From Patellaria atrata CBS 101060 (taxonomy: Eukaryota): a stretch of 64,000 bases of DNA. Shown piece by piece: positions 1 through 11,199 of the stretch (position 1 is the stretch's first letter; the number at the start of each line of letters is the position of its first letter). Location: positions 1-64,000 of the forward strand of contig MU006112.1 in assembly GCA_010093705.1 (NCBI GenBank). Direction: 5' to 3'. The notes beneath the pieces were generated by a model. That model was given only the letters and a program-made list of their open reading frames with translations. It was not told where the DNA came from and ran no database searches. A program made the position numbers and the translations under genes.

Positions 1-2
1 GG

Positions 3-110
3 ACTGGTGGCGAGGATGTTACGGTCGTGGCTGTGCCGGGCGTGCTGAGGTATTTGGATGTTGAGTTGGCGAGTATGGGGATCAAGATGAGGTTTAAGGT
101 TGAGCCGTAG
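3..110 (+). CDS. RPA135: RNA polymerase I second-largest subunit, C-terminal end (partial, gene begins before window)
   Basis: The frame from base 3 reads TGGEDVTVVAVPGVLRYLDVELASMGIKMRFKVEP*. This resembles the Rpa135 C-terminal motif (V.IP.VLKYLD.EL..MGI.....VEP). Confidence 0.85.
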   Translation, partial: TGGEDVTVVAVPGVLRYLDVELASMGIKMRFKVEP

Positions 111-851
111 AGAGGGCTTAGGGGATGGCGCGTTTGATGCAGGGGTGTGCAATTGGATGGAGATGTGGTGGGCAGATCTAGTGGCTAGTACGTTCGAGTT
201 GAGTTTTACTTTAAGGGTGGAAAATAGTTTAGAGAGTGAGTGTGCGTGTTAGGATCGTGTTGCGTTACTTTGAGACCGGCGAAACTTCTATATCAGACCT
301 GTTACTTACCTTCCTAATGGAGCAGAATGCTTATTTCTATATAATGTACAGTAGATGCCTTCTCTTTGCTGATTGATCAATATGCTAATGCACCAGAATT
401 GCTTCTATTTCCACATCGGGGGCCAGAAAGTGGTATGTAAAGTGATATATTTCTAGGATATATCCTATTATGGAATTCTCCCCGGGAGAAGCTTTTATGA
501 CAACGCATTCTACATGGTGTGGCAACAGCTTAGATCAGATGTCAATGTATATACTATTTCACTCCGACAAAGAGCAGGAAGATTCTATGCATGCATAAGG
601 CTGTAGAAACACTTTTGATTTGTGATTCTATCTTGCTTACTTAGCATAGCTTCAACAGTTTATTTCTTGCAAGCTGATGACTAGGGCGTTGGGGTGCCTT
701 GGCCATAAACATCCGTAACCGTATGGTCCTAGCGATTACCAAACCTAACTTACATGAACTGAAGGTCGAAAGTATTATCTACTATGGCTTCCCATGTTTT
801 ATGTCCCGCCGAATATCAGGGTGCAGCGAGGACCACACCATCTCCGTATCA

Positions 852-2946
852 ATGGAGGACTCCAATAACTGGTTCGCTGGTCAACACCAAAGTTGGCCAG
901 ACTACACTGCAACGGACTATATGATCTATGATAACGATGATGTTTCATCGAAAGATTTGAATCAAATACAACAGTATGAGGGCTCTACTATGCAGGTTGT
1001 ACCATTTGAAGAGTCGGTTTGGTCAGTAGCCGTGTTAACATATGCAGCCCTAAACATCACTCGTTCCTGACTCTAATAAAGTAACATCGTATAGGTGGGA
1101 TCGGTTTCCGATAGACGCTACTCTCAGTCTCCAGCCTGGTAATTTTGAGAATGTTACGCAAACGTCCGCCCAAACGGGCCATGTCCCTATGCAGTCGAAT
1201 GAGATTCAGGGCGTCGATAGTGTCTCTTCACTATTCTTGAACCCCTTACCAACTTTGGATGACATGGGAAATCATGATACGTTCATGATCGATTTCGACG
1301 ATATTTTCACATTAGACTATTCGCCAGAAGAGCAGTCAAAAGAGAATAATAATAATCGAAACCGTCCGCGCAAAAGACTACCCGACCATGCTCGGACTAC
1401 CCTGCAAACTTGGTTCCTCGAGCATGAGGATGACCCCTATCTCGGCAAGGAAGAGGTTTACAACCTCTCTCAAAAGACAAATCTGACAGAAAAGCAAGTA
1501 CGAACGTTCTTTGCGAATCTCAGAGCGCGAAAACAGCCCCCGGTGGTCTCTCCGAAAGGAACTGATTATCCAGAACCACAAACCATCAAAGAGAAACCTT
1601 CAGTGGACGCTCATGCACAACAAGACCCGATGCAGCGATTCCTATCCAGTTCACCGGAGGATGAAGGGATTCCAGAATCCACCCTGAAACGAGCATCAGC
1701 GGACTACAAACCTGCAGCGCTACAGCAGAAATCCAGCATCCGTGGAACAGAAGCAACGAAACCTGACACTATGTCCATCGCAGACACTACGATGGGCAGC
1801 AATTCTGGCTCGAACTCCTCTCACGCTTCTTCGCATGCAAGCATCGATTCAGCTACCAATCGCGCCCCACGTCGAGGCCGCAAAAGACATCGCGACCCTT
1901 TCAAACCCACCGTCAAACCAGTCATCAGAGCCCGCACCGACCCGACCAAAATATACCAATGTACCTTCTGCCCGCGCGACTTCGCCCAAAAGTACGACTG
2001 GCGCCGGCACGAAGAATCCGTCCACCTCCCCCAGACAGAATGGGTCTGCATGCCCAACGGCCCTGCCATCCGCGGCGAACCAAGCGGTCCAACATGCGGT
2101 TTCTGCGCCTTCTGCGACCTCCCCAACCCTCCCGCCGACCACTTCGACACCCACAACTGCGCGGGATGCCTCCAGCTCCCGCTGATCTCGCGCACCTTCA
2201 CCCGCAAAGACAAGCTCCTCCAGCACGCGAACCAAGTGCACAAAACCCCGCAGCTATCGCGGCACATGCAGGAATGGCACCGTCCCGTCTCGCGCTCGAT
2301 ACACCTGTGCTGCGGGCTCTGCGGGCTCGCCCTCCCCACCTGGTCCGCCCGAATCGACCATATAGCCTCGCACTTCCAGAGCGAAATCGACATGAGTTTC
2401 TGGATGGGGGCGCCGGGGGGGGTGACACCGCTCCCTACCACCTTATCTCCCTCCGCAGCCCTCCCACCCGGAAATCAACAGCCCATCAACCCCACCATGG
2501 GAATGACCTCCCCGATCCTCCCCACCCTCCCCACTCCCCCGACCCCGACGGACCCCCATCCAAACCTCTACTCCCCACTAACATCCCTTTTTGCACGACC
2601 CCCCGTTCCCTGGACAGACGGCAAGGTACCAATGGGCCTGCATCCCTGCGTCCGCTGCCGCCTCGGATTTCACTTCTACATCGAGGCACTCTGCCACGAG
2701 CGCCAGGTCCACGGGGTCTGGAAGCTGCGGACCAGGACGTTCGAGCAACTCGATGTGCGGGTCCCCGGGACGAGGGGGGGTTTAGGTGGAGGGAGGGGGA
2801 AGGGGGTTGGGGTTAGGGAAATGGGGAAGGGGAAGGTGAGGGAGAGATTGGGCGGGGAGGTTGCTGGGTTCGCGGGGGCGGGGACGGCGGGCGTGGTGGG
2901 GATGGTGAGGAAGAGGTTGGGTGGGGTGGGTTTGGGGGATGGGTGA
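852..2946 (+). CDS. Homeodomain (TALE-like) plus C2H2 zinc-finger transcription factor
   Basis: Homeodomain RKRLPDHARTTLQTWFLEHEDDPYL...QVRTFFANLRAR. C2H2 fingers YQCTFCPRDFAQKYDWRRHEESVH, FTRKDKLLQHANQVH and CGLCG...RIDHIASHF. An upstream exon (852-1021) joins in frame through a GT-AG intron at 1022-1094. Confidence 0.85.
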
Positions 2947-5106
2947 TGGTAGGATGGGGTGAGGTTCGTGTGTTTTGTGGGATGGAAGAGGGTTTTATGT
3001 TGATGCGTCGGCAGTTCACTGGCTGGAGGTTTGTGACTCCACCTCGAAGTTGGGCTGGGCGGTAAAACTATATTTGTAGAGATTGGTAGGCATGGCCTGT
3101 AGAAGACACAACGACTCTTGAACTATTTCATAATAGGACGGCGGAGACGTGAGGATGCTCCATAGTCCTCGGATTTTCGACATTGGAGTTGAAAATACTT
3201 TAACCCGTTTTCGCTGGCTTGTTATCACCGGTGTGGTACTGGATATAGATGTATGATTGTCGTCTTTAATTTCCGTCATGTAGCTCAGAGCAGGTTTAGT
3301 AAAACGGGACTGGCCTGATTTCTACTAACTACCTTAGTACCGATAGATCGAATACAAAAGTAGTATCTTCTGATTGCTCTTTGATATGTTGATTAAGGAG
3401 GGCGATCATTCCACTAGTCGTCTGGTCTGGCATTTTTATGTCATTGTGAATACCTAGTTGCTATCGTAACACCTCCCAGTAACCATGTTCCTACAGTTGG
3501 GAGCTAGGAAACCGTTGGAGTGTATTCTCTAGCTCTGGCTTTGAACCGTCCTGCACCTTTTAGGCTCTTTCAATTTTTTTTATTAGAATAATATTATTGA
3601 TAGGTCCCTCTTTTTTTATCTGCGCAAATATGGATGACTTTCGTTTCCGCTCTAGTTCTACAGGTGTTACCTACCGTATTGGATCTCATAGATATTCAGA
3701 GGGAAATTGTGCTAGTCTTCCTTTTCAAATAGGGGAGTTGTCTCATAGTGTTTCCGCCAGGCATATAACAATAAGGTAAGATTTGTTCGAACTTTACCAA
3801 TCGCATGTTTGCAGGTACTCTTGATATATCAGGTCGTAGGTAACACCCTGTACATGGTCCATTAAAGGATTAAAATCTAGCTTAGATAGATGGTAACGTC
3901 CAACTTCTGGAGGCGATTTGAGCCAGGCCCGATTTGAAACAGATATGATATTAACTTATGTCAATAGGAGTCTATAAGGGATGATTAGCAAAACATGATT
4001 TGGCGATGGTGCGAAAAGGGATATTGGACTCCTTCCATGCAGAGGAGTAGTAAAATTTACGTTACATACTCTAAGGGGCACCGTCGATACGTCTTAGTCT
4101 TTCATTTATTTGACTCTCCAGCCTTGATTCAGAAATAATGAAATATTCAGCGTCTATATCTCAGTTCGACATTGCTCGCTGCATTTCCGCGTCTCCCTAA
4201 AGGGGTTTCCTGGTCCTGATCCTCCGTAGTTGGCCTTGCCCATACGCTCCACGTCCACCTCCTCCCCAGTCGTGTGATGAAATGGGGAATTCAGCCATCG
4301 CGGGGGGAACGTGAGTGAATATACCAAACACGGTATGCTGAAATCTGACGCTAGAAGGTAACGATGTGCCACCATCTAAGCATGAGAATAGTTTCCCGAT
4401 GAGACTGTTCGCAGATACAAATTGCGTAATAGGAGCGAGCAAAAGAGTACCTATAGAAAGTACCTAGAACTAGTACTCGATGGAAATTGGTATGGTTGGA
4501 TACCGATATACGCAGAGTGACAAGATGCTGCTCCTCTATCAACCAGTGCCGGGTAAGCCCAACCACTGAGGAGAGTTTGTAGTGGTTAGAGAAATAGAGA
4601 GAACAGGATTTAGTTCTAATAAGGTAGCTCGCCTAATAAGCAATAAGCATAATAGACGTTATATAACCTTGGCTCCTTTGACTTGCAGCGGCACTATCCG
4701 CATTCTCCTTGCTCTTGCAAGGCGGCAAACCACAAAGCATCAGCGACAAAGCACGACAGAAAAGTGTTACAGGTTCGCTTCAGGGAAAGTTTTTAGGCAT
4801 ACACCCACTCGTCGTCCCACGCCACACCACGGCCATCTCTACAAGTCGATAGCACACAAGGATGACTGATGTAACACTTGTACGGATCACCAGCCAAGGT
4901 GCATAATTCGGTTGGGCAATCTGCAGCTTTTCATACTTTCCGTTAAACAAAGAGACCCCCTTGGCTCTTACGCACATCCACTCCCGGCGACGCTTTTACC
5001 GACTAGGAGAATCTCCAATCTAAATCGAAGTGGGCGCCGCGAGCAAGTAGCGGGCACGAACACACGACGTATCGGAACATCCAATGGTTTCATCTGTCTG
5101 ATTCAG

Positions 5107-6347
5107 ATGGATTACCAAAACGGCTACAATAGTCCGTCGCAGCAGCATTTCTTCAACCCAAACGCCCTTCACGCCCAGCCCTTCCAGACTCCTCCACAAC
5201 CGACTCCTTCCTCTTCACCTTACCCTGACCCGCGCGCTCGCTTTGCTCTGCAGCAAGGGCAGCACCAGTACAATGGCGCTCCAGAAGGCTTTCCCATGGC
5301 CGCTTCAAACATGGGCGGTGGGATGATCAACTCTGCAGGCGGTGGGGTCCATATGATGCAACCTGGTCTTCAGCAACAGCAACAACAAGCACGAGGTGAG
5401 TGGAAGATGAGCCCTATGGACCATCTTATTTTCAGCTTCGACGACTTAGATGAATATGTACGTCTGTACCGTATTGCGTTCCCGCTGACAACCCCTCTTA
5501 GTCCACCAAAACATATACACTACCGCACCGTACTCTCAGACTATACCAAGTCCCGCTCTATCGGCAGCACCGCAATTCTCACAAAACAAGACCATTTCTC
5601 CAACGCATCATAATTCGCCATATGCTGCTCCCCCGGCCCAGCCTCACCGAGACTCGGTACCATCTCAACAACAGCTACTTCAGCAGCAAAATCAGAATCA
5701 AAATCAACAGCAACAACCACAGCAGCAGCCGCAGCCACAGGTACAACAGCAGCACAACAGTATGGCGGCCCCACCGCCTCCCCAGAGCCACCAGCACGCG
5801 CAATATCCGGCGATGAAACAACTTCCTCCGCAACCGTTATCGCCAAAATCTCAAGCTCGTGAGAAAGACCGCGTTACTCTCCTGCTCAATATAAACAAGG
5901 AGCTTTTCCATGAGATCCTTAGACTTCAAGAACAAGGCAAGGCGGGTTCAGTAGGACAGCAGCAACAGCAAACGAAGGATGATGGAAACAAAAGTCCAGG
6001 GGTCAACAAAGCGGCCTCGCAGGAATATATCGAGTAAGTGCTATTTCTGACTTTCTAAATGGATCCATTACTAATCCCTTATCTTCAGTTGCATGCGTCG
6101 TTTACAGGCGAACTTATCGTACCTCGCTGCCCATGCTGAACGATCCTATAAGCCTAATCCTAATATTCCGCCAGGGCCGGCTATAATGACAGCACCAGTC
6201 AATTTTCCTTCTCTGGTGGAGTTATACGCAAACCTTCAGAATCTCTTCCCGGGTTGGAAGGGACAGCAAGCAAAGGCTTCACCTGGGCCGCAGTCTACTC
6301 AGGGTATGCAACCTCCTACTTCGACGCAAACTGGGGGTTCTATCTAG
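5107..6347 (+). CDS. Q/P-rich protein with C-terminal SS18/SSXT-like helical domain (putative chromatin-remodelling coactivator)
   Basis: Three exons with in-frame introns at 5396-5501 and 6034-6088. Poly-Q tracts. The motif LLLNINKELFHEILRLQEQGK...YIDCMRRLQANLSYLAAHAE resembles the SSXT domain. Confidence 0.65.
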
Positions 6348-7447
6348 ATATCGTCTCATTTGTGTAATAATACCCAACCGTAGAATGTGTATTGCAAAAA
6401 AGGGGGTACCTGGATCTTCTTGTTTGATGGTGTCTTTGGCGCTGGACCATATCTCACGTATATCGGTAGAAACAAAAGCGCGTTTTTATTCTTTTGAAGT
6501 GGGGAGCTTTTGTTCTAATAGGCAGGCAACGATAGAAATAATGTTTCAAAGGTCTGATACCGTATGCAATATCTGTCGAACCTTTCATGTTTATCAAATA
6601 TAGAGCTTGGGACGATGGGACCGAGGCAAGCCTGAATTTTGATGTTACAATATGACTCGCGAACCTTTTAGCATCCCACTTGAATCATCAGGGCCTTCAC
6701 TATTTTCAATATCGGTTACATAAATACAGTATACGGATAAACGTCTTCGACTTCCCTAACGGAACCTACCGTTCTTGAAGTCGAACTATATGAATGAGTT
6801 GTTGATCAGGAACATACTTCAACAGTCAACACGCTTCTACCTATCAACTCTCCGTACGTCTAGAGACATGTGATATAACATAGAAATCAAACAGTCATAT
6901 ATGACTTCGAAAGCCCCTCGGTGTCGAGATCCGCCCTGCTCGCGATCAGAAAACAAGGCCTTGTACAGTACTGTATCGGTACTGTACATATCTCTAAAGG
7001 AGACCTTAGCAACTGCTATATTAGGGGTTGGAGCCCCGCTGTTCATTCTAACTTCTTTAATAGATCCTCTCTTACTTGGGGGTCGAATCTTAAGGTATAG
7101 CTTTGGATAAAGTCTGTGGTCTTTTGCTATCGATTATATATAGTATAGTACAGTATTGTCTAAAGATATCTCTGATACAACCATGTTACCTTTTTGTACT
7201 ATATGGACTACTTAGAATTGCCATTATGTATTCTCTGAACAAAGAACTTAAGCAGAGATTGTCATGATAAAGGGGCTTGTGAGGTGAAGGTGAGGAATGC
7301 GGAGAGAGATGTTGCGGGGCTTTGTCGGCTCTCGCTTGGAGTGCCAAGCGCCCACCACTCTCCAAATCTACAACTCCTTCATGTTATGACTTTGACAGTG
7401 ACTCCGCCAGCACACACCCATCGACCCGCCAACAACAATCATCCAAA

Positions 7448-8375
7448 ATGTGAGAATAACAGTCGAATGAGTTTTGAAAGCAGATGTTATGGGATGCCCG
7501 AGGGTTGTAGGCGAATATTTGCCACATCTTCGTGTCTCTACCCCTTCATGACTCCGCATTTCATTTCTAGTTGTGATAAGGCACCGTTACTGACGAAAAC
7601 TCTATCAGGGTCAACCTTCGCACTCAGAAGCGCCTGGCGGCTTCAGTCGTTGGTTGCGGAAAGCGCAAGATCTGGCTGGATCCAAATGAAGTCAACGAAA
7701 TCTCCAACGCCAACTCCCGTCAAACCATCCGCAAGCTCGTTGCCGATGGCCTCATCATCCGAAAGCCCGTCACTATGCACTCCCGTGCTCGCGCTCGGGA
7801 ACTGACCGCTGCACGACGAATAGGTAGACATCGAGGTTTTGGTAAGAGGAAAGGTACAGCAGATGCTCGTATGCCAAGGTACGGATACCCCACCACAAGA
7901 GTCATAGGGAGATACACGTCAGGCTATAAGATACACGATTGGAATGGGAGGACATGTGGAATTGGTTATATTTAGGCTCGATTACTGATTCTTTTTCTTA
8001 CAGCCAAGTCCTATGGATGCGTCGTCTCCGTGTTCTTCGCCGACTTCTTGTGAAGTATCGTGCCAGCGGCAAGATCGATAAGCACCTTTACCACGAACTA
8101 TACCATCTCTCCAAGGGTAACACCTTCAAGCACAAGCGGGCTCTCGTAGAACATGTACGTTGCACTGGATGACATGATGACATATTCATCACGGGTTTCT
8201 AATTTTTTTCTTATAGATCCACAGGGCCAAGGCAGAGAAGCAACGCGAGAAGGCACTCAAGGAGGAGATGGACCAGAAGCGTGCCAAGAACAAGGCTGCA
8301 AGAGAGAGGAAGTTGGAGCGTGCGGCAGAGAAGAGGGCGGCATTGACGGCAGAGGACGACAAGGCATCGAAGTAG
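7448..8375 (+). CDS. RPL19: 60S ribosomal protein eL19
   Basis: The start codon is split (AT|G) by intron 7450-7609. The product reads [28 protein letters not shown]...[46 protein letters not shown]. Further introns lie at about 7879-8003 and 8156-8217. Confidence 0.97.
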
Positions 8376-8885
8376 ATTTGACTCATGAGTATGATTATAG
8401 GGATAATTGCATATGGCGTGGTTTCTTCTTCTCCTACTTCACGATGATGGGCGTAGACTCCGCTCTCGCAGTACTCGGAATATCTGGTGGTATGGGTTCC
8501 TGTAGGTATCTGGGTCATACCCCAAAAAGAAGCTTTCCCACCAATGGTGATTATCTCCAACTGATGGAATTAACAATCTTCCGTGACCCTTTTGATGCTC
8601 ATCATGTATACCCTTAGTGATAATGACTCAATCAGTAATCTCTCACCATCCACTCTTGCCAAGACTATTTGATACACCATCCGTATTCGTGGCTGATATT
8701 ACGACCGTGCTCCTCTATAATGAATAAGGTGAGACGAGAAGCTTAGATGGAGCTTCTATCACCACCCAGAAGTATAATGCATTCAGTGGTTAACACTCCT
8801 GTTGTTCCAATGTATTCATGAGTCTGTATCTTCATGATTGAATCAAGTTAGCCTGGTGTTCAAGGACGTAGCGAACACGCCAGAT

Positions 8886-10963
8886 ATGCCATCAGCTGCA
8901 TTTAGTCGGGGCAAAGATGTCCATTATGATCCAGTTGCACAGCAGGATATAGGGGATCCTATTGTAAATGAACCTATCCGAGGGTATGTCTATGTATTCC
9001 GATAACTCCAGTGACATACCTCACTTGATGGTGTATTTTCTCACAACCGTTATATTGAGATTATCTAATATTGATAGGGCTCGGCACAGAAGAAGCTTCG
9101 AAGCAGATCAAGAACTCCATAGCTTCGAAACTTGGGATAATTTCGATGATCCATCAGATGACGAGGGCTATGATATTGGATTTGATCCTAAAACAGACCA
9201 AAAGCTCAGAAGAGTATCTGATATACTTCCCTGGAGCACTTTCCTCATAGCTACTGTTGAACTCTGCGAACGTTTTGCATACTATGGACTGTCTGGTCCC
9301 TTTCAAAACTATATTGCAAATTCCTACCATGACCCGAACGGTCTTCCTGGGGCCATCGGTAGGTTGAAACTGGAAATGATGTGGTTTCCCGTTATCACAA
9401 CTAAGTGTACTAACTCATCTCTTCAGGACTTGATCAAAGCGGTGCTACAGCCCTTACAAACTTCTTCCAGTTTTGGTGCTATGTCACACCTATCTTGGGC
9501 GCCATCGTTGCAGATCAATATCTGGGGAAGTATCGGACCATTGTCATCTTCTCTATCGTCTATGCAACTGGTGTTTTCATACTGTTCTTAACATCATTGC
9601 CTTGGTCAGTCGAACATGGATATGCACTCACTGGGCTGGTCGTGGCTATGATTGTCATCGGGTTGGGCACAGGGGGAATCAAGTCAAACGTGTCACCCCT
9701 TATCGCAGAGCAATACAAGGCAACGGGACCATTCGTTAAAACATTGAGGACAGGTGAACGTGTCATTGTCGATCCAGACTTGACGGTGCAGAGGATCTAC
9801 ATGGTCTTTTATATGTGCATCAACATCGGATCCTTAGCTCCAGTTGCGACTACTCTATTGGAGAGGAACGTAGGCTTCTGGAGCGCCTTTCTAGTCCCGC
9901 TTATCGTATTCCTCGCAGGCTTTTCAGTTCTCGTAGGCGGAAGGAAGAAGTACATCGTCAGTCCCCCAACCGGAAGCATCATCACGCACTGCTTCAAAGC
10001 CCTATGGATCGCCTGCAAGAACGGCGGCAACCTAACAGCAGCAAAACCATCCTACCAAGCTCAAAACGGGCGCAAAGAGAAGACGCCATGGGAAGACAAG
10101 TTCATCGACGAGCTGAGGCGTGCAGTCCAGGCTTGCAAAGTCTTCGCCTTCTATCCCATCTACTGGGTCTGCTTCAACCAGATGCTGAACAACTTCATCT
10201 CCCAAGCGGGCCAGATGGAACTCCACGGCATCCCCAACGACATCATGCAAAACCTCGGTAGGTCCTATCTCCCCCTTCCCTTAAAAAAAAAAAAAAAACA
10301 AAACAAAACCAACCTCCAAAAACAAAATAAAGCCTAACCTAACACCCCGTAGACCCCCTAACAGTAATCCTCACGATCCCCCTCCTCGACCGCCTCCTCT
10401 ACCCCCTCCTCCGATCCTACTCCATCCCCCTCCCCCGTCCCCTCCTAATAACCCTCGGCTTCCTCCTCGCCTCGGCATCCATGCTCCACGCCGCCCTGCT
10501 CCAACGCCACATCTACCATTCACCCCCCTGCTACACCTCGCCGTCCTCCTGCGCCGCCGCCCTCATCCCCCCCTCAAACACAAACCCAAACCCCACATAC
10601 CGCCCTAACTCCGTCCACATCGCCCTCCAAGCACCGGCCTACATCCTCATCGGCTTCTCCGAGATCTTCGCCTCCGTAACGGGCCTCGAGTACGCGTTCC
10701 TGCACGCCCCGCCGCAGATGAAGAGTCTGGTCATGAGTCTCTTCCTGTTGACGTCGGCGGGGGGCGCGGTGTTGGGAGCCGCGGTGGCGCCGTGGGCGCG
10801 GGATCCGCATTTGGTGGGGGTTTATGGGGGACTGGCTGCGGTGTGTGGGGGTGCAGGGGTGGTGTTTTGGTTGTGTTTTCGGGGGGTGGAGGGGGAGGGG
10901 GAGATAAGGGGGGACGAGGGGGTGCCGTTGACGGGGGTGGAGAGAGCGGGGGCGGAGGATTGA
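8886..10963 (+). CDS. PTR2: POT/PTR family di/tripeptide transporter
   Basis: ExxERFxYYG motif (VELCERFAYYG), GLGTGGIKSNVSPLIAEQ, FYMCINIGSL and EIFASVTGLEYAF...APPQMKS. Four introns, starting near 8984, 9359 and 10258 for three of them. The start codon is inferred. Confidence 0.9.
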
Positions 10964-11199
10964 GTTTGTTTGGGGGTTGATGTGGGATGAGGTATCAGGT
11001 TCAAGACGGGGGGAATTGGGAATTATGGGGGGAAGAGATGGGAGGACATATATAATATACTTGTAAATACTTCGTACCGGGATATCAATCTAAGCAAAGA
11101 AATGTTCGCCCTTCCACCATCCCGTTGCCTGAGTATCGTAGAGCTGTCACACTACCATATAACGCCTACACCAACGTAGAACCGGAGACACATCACTAT

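Noticed and set aside
1378..3019. Many overlapping alternative-frame and antisense ORFs in the homeobox gene (likewise in UBR1, RQC2 and PTR2)
   Set aside because: These are shadow ORFs arising from GC-rich, biased coding sequence, with no recognisable domains.
4274..4348. Box C (GTGATGA) ... box D (CTGA) snoRNA-like pair
   Set aside because: The terminal stem is weak and I recognise no rRNA-complementary guide. It is also not intronic in a + strand gene.
10283..10330. Poly-A run giving a KKKKK-ending ORF in PTR2
   Set aside because: It lies inside an intron (GTAGGT at about 10258 to TAG at about 10352), so it is not a frameshift or retro-insertion.
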